DNA of 33,177 nucleotides from a virus (Duplodnaviria; Heunggongvirae; Uroviricota; Caudoviricetes): IMG/VR virus record IMGVR_UViG_3300010352_001127; one strand, 5' to 3'. Shown piece by piece: positions 24,041 to 33,177 of this stretch (position 1 is its first letter; each line of letters starts with the position of its first letter). The notes under the pieces were generated by a model. It saw only the letters and a program-made list of their open reading frames with translations, ran no database searches and was not told where the DNA came from. The position numbers and the translations under genes were made by a program.

Positions 24041-27000
24041 TTATGGTGCCTCTAAATATGTATATAAAGGTATCCAACCTTCATAATAATTTCCAAGAGC
24101 ATCATCATAAACAGATATTTTAGCCATACGTTCTAATTTGTATCCAGGACTTCCTATTGTTGGGAAGTTTATAGTAGTGTCTGTTAGACCAGTGAAATTT
24201 GTCAAGTTACCAGAATCAACTAAATTCTGATTAGTTATGAAATTTCCCCTCAAAGTAGTGAAAGCTTTATCAGTATTACCACTTGTTTGTAAATGTATAA
24301 CTGAAAGATTATTTGAATTTGTTGATTCATAAGCGTTTATATTACCTTTTTTATCTATATCTGTTGTTGAATGTCCTCCATAAAAATTGGACATGCCTTC
24401 GCTATTTATATCAACTCTAGTATTTCCGCTATTTCTAATAGATAAAAGTGTTACTCCACTATCAGTTATATCATTTTTAGTATCTAAGAAATGTATAGTG
24501 TTTCCTGTATTGGCTGGATCTAATTGATAAAAAACAGACGCTCCGCCACCAGTTATTTTATTATTGACAAATAAATCTCCTCCAGTTACTTCTCTAAAAG
24601 ATATGTCATCTATTGTAACTATACCAGTACCAGACGTGTATGTAGAAGCCATATTTATGGTAAAATCCCCAACGGCTGTAGCTGGTGTTTTTATATAAAA
24701 AGTATATGTTTTACTTACGTCTTGGGTGAAAATTAATTCATAGGCATATCCTAAAAATGAAGAATTTATAAATCCAGTGATAATCGTTCCAGCACTATGC
24801 ACAAAACTATAATTCAATCTATACCATCTATTAGGTAATATTGATCTAGCAAAATTAGCTGATGTTTGTGTTATAGAACCTACTCCTGTGGAGTGTGTAT
24901 ATGTGCCTTTATCTCCTGTGAGTGCCATATCTCCAGTGGCTGACCAACTTGTGCCACTAGTTAAAGCTGAATTTGTAAATGAATCTAATTCCAGTGTATC
25001 GAATCTTAATACTTCTTCATTTCCTCTTATCTCTGTTTTTCTTATATCATAATTACCAACAACAACAGAATTGCTTTCCATTACTTTTGTATCATAACCT
25101 ATTGCAGTAGAATTAGTTAACGCGGATGTAGAATCTTTTGAAGCTCCTCGACCCAATAGGGTTAAATAACTATCAGTTGTTAAATTAGTTCTACCAGTTA
25201 CTGAATAAGAAGGCTGATATACTCCAGCGTTTTGCCCTAATACAGTATTATAACCGCCAGTCGATCCGCCAGCAGCAGAATGACCCACTATTGTATTATC
25301 ATTACCAGTAGTTATGTCAGATCCGGCGTTAGATCCTATCGCAACATTAGCCCCACCAGTAGTAGCTAATCGTAACGACGTATATCCGATGGCTACATTA
25401 TTATATGACGATAAATTATACGCAGCATTATAACCAATGAGAGTATTATTTGCAGCAGTAGATATAAGTGATCCTGCGTAAACTCCTATAATTACATTAG
25501 AAGTGCCGGTTGTTAAATTAAATCCTGATCCTAAACCAATGCCAATATTTTCTGATCCAGTTGTTAATTTATTTAAAGCTGAATGACCAACAGCAGTATT
25601 AGAATAACCATAAGTTAAAAGTCTTAGAGCTAAAGGACCTAACGCAACGTTATAATCACCGGTGGTTGATGTGTATAAAGATTCTGTGCCTACAGCGAGA
25701 TTAAATACTCCAGTCGTGATATTCTTTAAAGAATTTGTTCCAATAGCTGTGTTAGAATAACCATAAGTTAAATTTTCTAAAGCTGAAGCCCCAAATGCTG
25801 TATTGGAAGTACTCCCGGTGGCAGAAAATCTCAAACTATTGGTTCCTACTCCCAAATTATTAGGAGTGAAAGCACTTCTAGCTTCCAGACCAATTCCTGT
25901 GACAGTTGTGTGTATCAAAGGAGCCCTTATAGCGGCTGTGGATGGATCAAGTTCTTTTATTGATATATCACTAATAGTTCCACTCGCCCCAGAAGGAACT
26001 TCTATTTGAACTGTTACTGACCCTGTAGTATTGGCTGTTAAATCGGCTGATGTGATTATTATATTTTGTTTTGGATTACTTTTGACGGTTCCAACATATG
26101 CGTAAACTTCACTTTTAAAAGTATAAGTAGACGCTCCTCCAACGGTCCAACTAATTAAATATCTTCTACCTGAAGTAGCGGTTATAGTAGTACTGATAGC
26201 ACTCAACGCGCCTGCACTGTGTGTATATATACCACCTCCACTATTTACCCAATTAGTGCCGAGTGTCCACCCGGTTGGATTTATATTTAATTCGGTTGAT
26301 AAATTAGGAATATCTGATGATGTATATAGATTAACGCCCGCTGTATTTAAAACACCATCTAAAGCTATTGGATTTGTGTAACTCGGTTTTAAAGTTGTGG
26401 TATTTCCTGTTATATAAAAATAGGCATATAAAGGATCGCTCCCTTTCTTGTTAGCATAAGGTACAACAGATAAAGTACTGGCCGATATTGTTAAATCGAA
26501 AGTTCTATCCATTACGTCAGTAGAGCCTGTCATTATATTAATCCAACTGGAGTAACCATTAGCGTCGCTCTTTAAAATTTTATCCTCTCCTTCCGATCCG
26601 TTAGCATATCTTAAAGTCGAAGACATCAATGTTAATACATTTGTATCTGGATCAAAAGTAAATCCACTATCTGTATTATAGCCATATGTAGCCCCTGTAT
26701 CTCTAAATATAACTTCGAGATTATCTCCTATTAGTGGAAGAAAACCACTAGTTCCACTACTACCAGATGTACCATAACTTAAACCTGATGTTCCGCTGCT
26801 ACCAATACCAGAAGTTCCACTAGTTCCAGAAGATCCAGGCGACCCCGAACCGCTAGTTCCACTTGATCCTGATCCGCTAGTCCCACTCGAGCCTAAAAAA
26901 TTACCATCTTTTCCACTAGTTCCGCTAGTTCCATAAAAATTACCATCAACGCCTGAGCTACCACTTGTTCCAGATTGTCCCTGACCTCCAGCCGGTAGAA

Positions 27001-27811
27001 AAGATATAATATATTGTTTTCCTTCTACTAAATTTCCATTGGTGTTATATGCTGACAAATTGGATATATTATGCCAATTTCCATTAGCTATAGATGTTAT
27101 TCCTGTGTATATGCCAAAAAATTCAGGATTCCCCCATTCCTCTATTTTTAATATACCACCATTCCAACTATTTAACCAGTATCCTAAATCTTGACCGTTA
27201 CCGTCAACATCGTTTATTGTAAAACCTGTTATCGTTCCTAAATCTGTTATACTGGCGCTACAACATCCACTATCAGGATATGTTTCACCTGTAAAAGTCC
27301 ATAATCTTGTTGCTCCACCATATCCACCATCCAATCCAGATGTACCAGATGAACCAAAACCAGATGTACCACTTGATCCTGTTAAACCACTAGTGCCTGA
27401 AGATCCTGTTTCACCGCTACTTCCACTTGTCCCTGAAGTGCCGCTCGTACCACTAGTTCCTCTGCCGCTTGTTCCACTTGTGCCGCCAGTGCCACTTGTG
27501 CCTCCAGTTCCACTAGTTCCACCTGTTCCGTCTCTACCACTACTTCCGTTTGTTCCGTCTCTGCCACTCGTACCGCTGGTTCCATCTGCTCCGCTTGATC
27601 CAAAGAAAACTCCATCAACACCCGATGTACCATCTTTACCAGATGTGCCGGAAGATCCAGATGCTGAAGTTCCTCCAGTGGTTATATAATGCCACGTGCA
27701 ATCTTCAAATTTTTCCCATAAACCTACTAAATCTCTACCGAGGTATATATGACCGGTATCTGGACAACCAATGTCATTAGGATTTATAAGCTGGATTTTT
27801 TTGAAACTCAT
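24041..27811 (-). CDS. Tail-fibre-like protein with (Gly-Ser/Thr) triplet repeats and N-x-A-x-G beta-roll repeats
   Basis: SGTSG triplet tracts; about 14-aa NTAIG..AL...TTG repeats resembling trimeric autotransporter head repeats. Confidence 0.8.
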   Translation of the reverse strand: MSFKKIQLINPNDIGCPDTGHIYLGRDLVGLWEKFEDCTWHYITTGGTSASGSSGTSGKDGTSGVDGVFFGSSGADGTSGTSGRDGTNGSSGRDGTGGTSGTGGTSGTGGTSGTSGRGTSGTSGTSGTSGSSGETGSSGTSGLTGSSGTSGFGSSGTSGLDGGYGGATRLWTFTGETYPDSGCCSASITDLGTITGFTINDVDGNGQDLGYWLNSWNGGILKIEEWGNPEFFGIYTGITSIANGNWHNISNLSAYNTNGNLVEGKQYIISFLPAGGQGQSGTSGSSGVDGNFYGTSGTSGKDGNFLGSSGTSGSGSSGTSGSGSPGSSGTSGTSGIGSSGTSGLSYGTSGSSGTSGFLPLIGDNLEVIFRDTGATYGYNTDSGFTFDPDTNVLTLMSSTLRYANGSEGEDKILKSDANGYSSWINIMTGSTDVMDRTFDLTISASTLSVVPYANKKGSDPLYAYFYITGNTTTLKPSYTNPIALDGVLNTAGVNLYTSSDIPNLSTELNINPTGWTLGTNWVNSGGGIYTHSAGALSAISTTITATSGRRYLISWTVGGASTYTFKSEVYAYVGTVKSNPKQNIIITSADLTANTTGSVTVQIEVPSGASGTISDISIKELDPSTAAIRAPLIHTTVTGIGLEARSAFTPNNLGVGTNSLRFSATGSTSNTAFGASALENLTYGYSNTAIGTNSLKNITTGVFNLAVGTESLYTSTTGDYNVALGPLALRLLTYGYSNTAVGHSALNKLTTGSENIGIGLGSGFNLTTGTSNVIIGVYAGSLISTAANNTLIGYNAAYNLSSYNNVAIGYTSLRLATTGGANVAIGSNAGSDITTGNDNTIVGHSAAGGSTGGYNTVLGQNAGVYQPSYSVTGRTNLTTDSYLTLLGRGASKDSTSALTNSTAIGYDTKVMESNSVVVGNYDIRKTEIRGNEEVLRFDTLELDSFTNSALTSGTSWSATGDMALTGDKGTYTHSTGVGSITQTSANFARSILPNRWYRLNYSFVHSAGTIITGFINSSFLGYAYELIFTQDVSKTYTFYIKTPATAVGDFTINMASTYTSGTGIVTIDDISFREVTGGDLFVNNKITGGGASVFYQLDPANTGNTIHFLDTKNDITDSGVTLLSIRNSGNTRVDINSEGMSNFYGGHSTTDIDKKGNINAYESTNSNNLSVIHLQTSGNTDKAFTTLRGNFITNQNLVDSGNLTNFTGLTDTTINFPTIGSPGYKLERMAKISVYDDALGNYYEGWIPLYTYLEAP

Positions 27812-27916
27812 TTGAAGAATTTTTATTTCTATATATTAAATTATAAAGACTTATTTATACATCTCCCGAGTACTTAATGTATTTATATGTGTGTAGCATA
27901 TATTCTATATATTAAA

Positions 27917-28060
27917 TTAAATTACTGATACAATTTCAGTCGGAATTATATCAGATACAATATCAGAACCAAAAATAATTGCCATTGAATAAGATATTGT
28001 GGTTGAATCTAATTGTAATTCATAATATTGTACACCTTCAAAAATTATATCATCTATCAT
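27917..28060 (-). CDS. 47-aa hypothetical protein (not in ORF track)
   Basis: MIDDIIFEGVQYYELQLDSTTISYSMAIIFGSDIVSDIIPTEIVSVI*. Confidence 0.5.
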   Translation of the reverse strand: MIDDIIFEGVQYYELQLDSTTISYSMAIIFGSDIVSDIIPTEIVSVI

Positions 28061-28074
28061 TTTGAATATTTATT

Positions 28075-30198
28075 TTATTGTGTTAATAGTGCTCTAACAA
28101 TTATTCCAGCAGGAAGTGTCGTTGCAGTATATCTAATATAATTTCCAACATTATCTGCCGATGAACTCCAAGTATTCCAGTTAGTTCCATCTGTAGAATA
28201 TTGCCAAGTACCACTACCAGATGCTACAACAGTATCATCTAAAATTAATCCATTAGTTGCCGCATTATACATTCTTATTCTTAAATTTGGTATATTTGAT
28301 CCCCAAGCTGTTGATTGACGATAAGCAAATATTCTATTTGTAACACTAGATTTATTTACACTTGGCGTATAATGAGAATCTGTATTAGAATCTTCATAAA
28401 CAACTGACATTGAGTATATTCTAGATGGAATGCACCAAGTTCCTAGAACCTTAAATTTTATTTTAAATTGTATTGAATCTGTTCCCCCAACACTTGTCAA
28501 ATCGCCATCATTACCCAACAATGTCCATGTTCCACCACTTGATTCAAATCCTGTTGTTCTATAATAAACATCAAAATCTTCTGTAGGACAACCAAAAGTT
28601 AAGTCTCCTAATTGTCTGGTCGAGTTTACATATAATCTATAAAATTTGACACAACCAGTCGTATTTAATATGGGTGTAGTTACAAACGAACCGAAATCAT
28701 CGGCCCATCCTCTATGAGGTTTCACGGGTATCGCATATATTTGATTCAATGCTGCGGAAGTACCATTACGACTAATATATAAATATCCAGATTCTGTATA
28801 AAGAGATACCATAGTTCCGTTTGTCGTTGGGTGTATTGGAGCACTGTTGTCAGCTGTAGATTGATCTGTTTGAAGATCATTTGCGAGGAATACGCGTTCG
28901 AACGGATCTGATGTTGTTTGATATGTTGTACAATATGAACGACCAGCAGCCGCTCCAGATAAGAAAAGCTTATCAGTCAAATCCCCCCACTCAACTCCTG
29001 TAAAAGTTGATACAGTATATGTTGCGGTGCCTCCAGGTGGAACTTCAACCATAGAATCTGTAATAAAATTAGTTGAACCATTTGTTATTGTGCTTAAATC
29101 ACTTCTATAAACCCTGGATGTTGTCACAAAATATAAAGATTTTACACCTGATGCTACACCATGCTTTAATGTTGCTATTCTGCCATTGTTTGTAACAATA
29201 ATAGTTCCAGTTAAAGCTGATGCGATCGTTCCTGTTTTAAATTGAAAAGCTGTTGTATCTTTACCTGTCGTGGGTGATAGTGACGCTCTAATATTATAAA
29301 CATAATATTGATAACCGTTTGCAGAAACCGTACCGTTCATTGCATAACAAAGATGTGTAGTATATCCACTTTTAGTATCTAATGCGCATCCCCAAGCTGT
29401 TGTCATTGTTACTGAAGCAGCATCTGCTAGCCAATACAATGCTCGAAGATTGTCCGTATTTGCGGTGAGCGTGAATGTTAAACCTCCAGATTGAAATGTG
29501 TCTCTATTTAATCCTTTCACAAGGAATAATCCACTGTTTGTTGATGTTGCACTTGTGATTGTCATGACTACTCTTAATTCTTCCATAACATACGGGGTTC
29601 CACTTGGATAAACACCCGCACCAGTTGATAATGTTAAACCGGTATCACTATTAATTGGTGTAGTTGTTGGATTTGACATTTCATACCAAGTTGTTATTTG
29701 TGCTGGATCAGTGCTTCCAAAACCTATACGAGCCCCAGCTGCCATTCGATCTGTAACCCATTGTGTTCCAGTTCCTTTCACAGTTGTTCCATCAACTTCA
29801 ACAGTACCAGTTGTATAAGCAACATAATCCATACGAAAACCTTTTACTGTTAAGTTACCACCAGGTCCAGTCAATGTTATAAACCCTTTATAATTAAATA
29901 AATTTTGAAATTTGTCATATTCATACATGACAACAACTCTTGTTGCTGCTGCTAATGCGATGCCTGCTAAAAATACCCAATCTATTGTATCACTCCAATG
30001 TATAACAAAGGGATATCCAACTGCGTTAGCTGTTGGAGCTTCCATTGGTCTTGCAATAGCAAGAGGAACAGTGCTCACATACCAATCGGCGGGCGTTGTG
30101 CCCGTGTTTTGTATAATTTGTGGTCCTATATAAGTCGTTGTTCCTGTATAGGTTGTTGATGTTGTACCATTAAAAATATGTTCTATTACGTTTTTCAT
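28075..30198 (-). CDS. Thr/Gly-rich beta-strand structural protein (tail-associated)
   Basis: 707-aa ORF, structural-type composition, flanked by fibre genes. Confidence 0.75.
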   Translation of the reverse strand: MKNVIEHIFNGTTSTTYTGTTTYIGPQIIQNTGTTPADWYVSTVPLAIARPMEAPTANAVGYPFVIHWSDTIDWVFLAGIALAAATRVVVMYEYDKFQNLFNYKGFITLTGPGGNLTVKGFRMDYVAYTTGTVEVDGTTVKGTGTQWVTDRMAAGARIGFGSTDPAQITTWYEMSNPTTTPINSDTGLTLSTGAGVYPSGTPYVMEELRVVMTITSATSTNSGLFLVKGLNRDTFQSGGLTFTLTANTDNLRALYWLADAASVTMTTAWGCALDTKSGYTTHLCYAMNGTVSANGYQYYVYNIRASLSPTTGKDTTAFQFKTGTIASALTGTIIVTNNGRIATLKHGVASGVKSLYFVTTSRVYRSDLSTITNGSTNFITDSMVEVPPGGTATYTVSTFTGVEWGDLTDKLFLSGAAAGRSYCTTYQTTSDPFERVFLANDLQTDQSTADNSAPIHPTTNGTMVSLYTESGYLYISRNGTSAALNQIYAIPVKPHRGWADDFGSFVTTPILNTTGCVKFYRLYVNSTRQLGDLTFGCPTEDFDVYYRTTGFESSGGTWTLLGNDGDLTSVGGTDSIQFKIKFKVLGTWCIPSRIYSMSVVYEDSNTDSHYTPSVNKSSVTNRIFAYRQSTAWGSNIPNLRIRMYNAATNGLILDDTVVASGSGTWQYSTDGTNWNTWSSSADNVGNYIRYTATTLPAGIIVRALLTQ

Positions 30199-33176
30199 TA
30201 TATTTTTTTAATTTTTAGAAAATAATATAATTTTGTTATATCAGTCGCAGAATTGACATAAAATTCTATCAAATCTCCGGATGTAATGTTTGTTGACCAA
30301 CTCGCGAGAGAATAATCACTATTTTTTATTTGATTCGTTAATGTTGGATAATTTCCTGCCGTTATTCCTGTAAATATCGGATAATCAGAGTAATTACTTT
30401 TTCTAATATCAACTGCGCAACTCCCAGAAATACTTGCAAACATTGTCCAACTATACATGACACAATCATAATTCATTTGTTTAAACCCCTTTGAACCAGT
30501 TGTTATAACATTTGATCCATTATCGATTATGAAACCTATTGTATCATATTCTGTTGAACTAACGCCTGAACTACCAGAGTTTCCACTGGAACCACTGGTG
30601 CCAGAACTACCCGGAGATCCAGTTCCTGATGTTCCACTGGTGCCAGAACTACCCGGAGATCCAGTTCCTGATGTTCCACTGGTTCCGCCAGTTCCACTAG
30701 TTCCACCACTACCTGTTAAACCACTAGTTCCTGATGTTCCACTAGTCCCGCCTACACCACTCGTGCCACTAGTACCACTGATACCTGAAGTACCTGAAGT
30801 TCCACTACTACCTTGCGCTCCACTAGTGCCGCTAGTTCCTCCTGTACCACTGGTACCACTGATACCTGAAGTACCTGAAGTTCCACTACTACCTTGCGCT
30901 CCACTAGCGCCGCTAGTTCCTCCTGTACCACTGGTCCCTGAAGTGCCTGACGTTCCCGATGTGCCTGAAGTGCCGCTTGTTCCTGATGAACCATCTCTTC
31001 CACTACTTCCACTGGTTCCTGATGTCGGTGAATTGGTTTGATAATATGTATTACCAGAACTATCTACAACTAGATATCTAGATAAACCTGAAGTTGATGT
31101 TATTCCAGATATAACTAAAGTATTTGTTACCAATTTACCATTACCATCAACAGACATAACATTACCATCTATGCCGTTTTGAATTTCAAGTACTGTATCC
31201 GAATCTGAGTTTGAACCTCTCTTGATAGTAAGAGCCCCCAATGTTGAATTCGTCAATATTTCTGGAACACCTGTTGAATTATTATAAGCTATTTGAAGAT
31301 TGACTGTTGATAATCCAATACCGCCCATACCAATCACATCACCAAATTTTGAAACCAATAAAAATTTAGCAGTGGATGGATCTGTTAAATTTGTACAATT
31401 ACTCTGAACTGTTAAAATACCTATTAATATAGCATCTGTTTGAAAATTAGAAAATGTAACAAATGATTCAGTTAACGCATTGGATAAAGCCGTTGCAAAA
31501 TCAGAATATACTGTTTGACCATATTGAATTCTAAATTTTCCATTTTGAGTCAAAAATATTCTCTGATTAGTTGATTGTTTTGCTGGCGATCCTACCAAAG
31601 TAACAACACCACCGTCATCCCAATAATTGGGTATCACTTGTGTCCTATCTGTATCCGAACCGCCTAATTGTGTTCTATATTGGAAAGTTGTAGGACTTTG
31701 TGATGATATACTAATACTACTTGGATTCAATACACTATTCGAAAAACCAATACCCAAACCCCACAATTTACCACCAGTAGTATTAAATGTCAAACCAGTA
31801 TTTGGTGATGGATATATTCCCTGATTAATCAAATTAATAGGTGTCCATACATCTCTAAGTTGAGATAATGGTGAAACATCTAAATCAGGTTGATCCAACG
31901 AATAAAGCAAATATGATTTAGTTGGATGGGCTAATTTGCCCAAAAATATAGATTGTCTTCTATTTGTAGGTGATAATTCTGTTGAACTTTGAGCTATAGT
32001 TCCATCAGATTGTAAATAAACCCAAGTTTCCGTTGATGTTGATATATTTGTTGCTGTTATTCCAGTCTGACCTAAAAAATGAACATATAGAGCTGTTGGA
32101 TTTATTGGATCAGTTGTATTATCAATAATCCAACCTTTAACTTCACTTACATTAAATGTAATACCAGTTGTAGTGGGTGGATTAGAATTCAATGTTAATC
32201 CTGAAAAATAAAATAATCCAGTTGAATTAACATTACCCAATAATATGTTTCTTTCAATATCGGTTAAACTAATTTCAGTATCTTCGTTCTTAACGTTAAT
32301 ATATATTTTTCCCGTTGTTGGTGAATTATCAATGACTTTACCTATATAATTACTTCTTGATGAATATTGTAAACTTGATGATCCAACTATGAATCCGCCT
32401 GCTACTGTATCAGATAAATATAAATTATCACCATTTGTATATCCCGATAAATTAAGATCATATATTTTTCCGTTTGTAATAACAAACCCTACACCACTTA
32501 AAGATATATCTTCTGATACCATTCCTAAAACAACATCATCTAGATTACTTGCAATAGCCTTATCAACACAAGGTATTCCATTAATAGTCGAACCTCCAGT
32601 TAATTTAACGACAGTGGATTTCGTTAATACGTAAGAATTTGGATTATAGACTTTGATTACTAATTGTCCACCAAGAAGAATTGTTGATTGTAATGTATCA
32701 GATTGAGGATAATAAACTATACCTCCTTTATTATTATCATAAACCATCCTGCCAGTAAGACCAGTAGACGGTAAAGTAATTCCTGTCCAAAAATCAAAAT
32801 ATCCAACATCAGATACATTGCCATCATGTAAAGATAATGTAGTTTCTGTGAATGTCAAACCCGATTGGGATATAGCACCATCTGGCGTTCCATCCGAAGT
32901 CAGCACTCTTGTTAAAGTTGGATATTGTACTGTTGTGAAACCGTGACCTGAACTACCCGATGTGCCTGAAGAACCTGAAGTACCTGTCGTTCCGCTTGTT
33001 CCAGAAGTTCCTGATGTGCCTGAAGTGCCACTAGTTCCAGAAGAACCTGATGTTCCGCTGGTTCCACTAGAACCTGACGTTCCACTTGTTCCTGAAGTGC
33101 CACTAGTTCCAGAAGTGCCTGATGAACCATCTTGTCCAGAAGTTCCGCTAGTCCCGATAGTTCCTGAAGTACCTGA
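30198..33176 (-). CDS. Large (Gly-Ser/Thr) triplet-repeat fibre protein, 5' end outside the window
   Basis: Frame stays open upstream of the track's 32906 start (...SGTSGSSGHGFTTVQYPTLTRVLTSDG...) to the window edge. Confidence 0.85.
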   Translation of the reverse strand, partial: SGTSGTIGTSGTSGQDGSSGTSGTSGTSGTSGTSGSSGTSGTSGSSGTSGTSGTSGTSGTSGTTGTSGSSGTSGSSGHGFTTVQYPTLTRVLTSDGTPDGAISQSGLTFTETTLSLHDGNVSDVGYFDFWTGITLPSTGLTGRMVYDNNKGGIVYYPQSDTLQSTILLGGQLVIKVYNPNSYVLTKSTVVKLTGGSTINGIPCVDKAIASNLDDVVLGMVSEDISLSGVGFVITNGKIYDLNLSGYTNGDNLYLSDTVAGGFIVGSSSLQYSSRSNYIGKVIDNSPTTGKIYINVKNEDTEISLTDIERNILLGNVNSTGLFYFSGLTLNSNPPTTTGITFNVSEVKGWIIDNTTDPINPTALYVHFLGQTGITATNISTSTETWVYLQSDGTIAQSSTELSPTNRRQSIFLGKLAHPTKSYLLYSLDQPDLDVSPLSQLRDVWTPINLINQGIYPSPNTGLTFNTTGGKLWGLGIGFSNSVLNPSSISISSQSPTTFQYRTQLGGSDTDRTQVIPNYWDDGGVVTLVGSPAKQSTNQRIFLTQNGKFRIQYGQTVYSDFATALSNALTESFVTFSNFQTDAILIGILTVQSNCTNLTDPSTAKFLLVSKFGDVIGMGGIGLSTVNLQIAYNNSTGVPEILTNSTLGALTIKRGSNSDSDTVLEIQNGIDGNVMSVDGNGKLVTNTLVISGITSTSGLSRYLVVDSSGNTYYQTNSPTSGTSGSSGRDGSSGTSGTSGTSGTSGTSGTSGTGGTSGASGAQGSSGTSGTSGISGTSGTGGTSGTSGAQGSSGTSGTSGISGTSGTSGVGGTSGTSGTSGLTGSGGTSGTGGTSGTSGTGSPGSSGTSGTSGTGSPGSSGTSGSSGNSGSSGVSSTEYDTIGFIIDNGSNVITTGSKGFKQMNYDCVMYSWTMFASISGSCAVDIRKSNYSDYPIFTGITAGNYPTLTNQIKNSDYSLASWSTNITSGDLIEFYVNSATDITKLYYFLKIKKI
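30560..31025 (-). repeat. Gly-Ser-Thr triplet repeat tract with recent internal duplications
   Basis: 42-nt-period tandem duplication near 30592-30682; 55-nt exact repeat at 30772-30826 and 30853-30907. Confidence 0.85.
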
Positions 33177-33177
33177 A

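Noticed and set aside
27382-27780. Pro/Leu/Val-rich plus-strand ORFs and an alternative-frame minus ORF
   Set aside because: Shadow frames of the Gly-Ser-Thr repeats
30529-31041. 170-aa PLVP-repeat ORF and 86-aa alternative-frame ORF
   Set aside because: Antisense and shifted reading of the Gly-Ser-Thr tract
32906-33130. Start at 32906 and a separate 72-aa ORF at 32912-33130
   Set aside because: The fibre frame is open to the window edge; the short ORF is a shadow frame
1-33177. CRISPR array, suppressor tRNA or stop-codon recoding, DGR, self-splicing intron
   Set aside because: No regularly spaced repeats, no CUA/UCA anticodon, long ORFs are intact in the standard code, and no reverse transcriptase or intron core was seen

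Overview
Strongly AT-rich, mostly minus-strand segment of a large (jumbo-type) tailed phage. The host is probably Bacteroidota, inferred from a TTTG-N20-TAnnTTTG promoter, GTTCTTTGACAT boxA and host-like Xre antitoxin, DUF151, thioredoxin and M42 genes. Bases 1-5.1 kb hold a tRNA operon restricted to Gly/Ala/Val/Thr/Pro/Arg, with several non-canonical tRNAs and tRNA-like RNAs, two free-standing endonuclease genes and an orphan Xre-type antitoxin. The best candidate for an undescribed system lies at the head of this operon: a 39-codon leader ORF (4886-5005, missed by the ORF track) built almost entirely from codons of the same six amino acids, followed by a terminator with a mutually exclusive 9-bp antiterminator and two boxA sites. 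This looks like a ribosome-stalling attenuator that would switch on the phage tRNA supply when those tRNAs run short. Also notable are two tRNA-Arg with a rewired D-arm supported by covariation, and two ACAGCAA minihelices carrying anticodon stem-loops. Bases 5-24 kb hold accessory genes (vWA, two orphan DNA methyltransferases, DUF151, a 1257-aa LRR plus multi-KOW protein, amidoligase, M42 peptidase, thioredoxin, AMMECR1, GT25). Bases 24-33 kb hold large Gly-Ser-Thr triplet-repeat fibre/structural genes. All calls were made by eye with no database searches.
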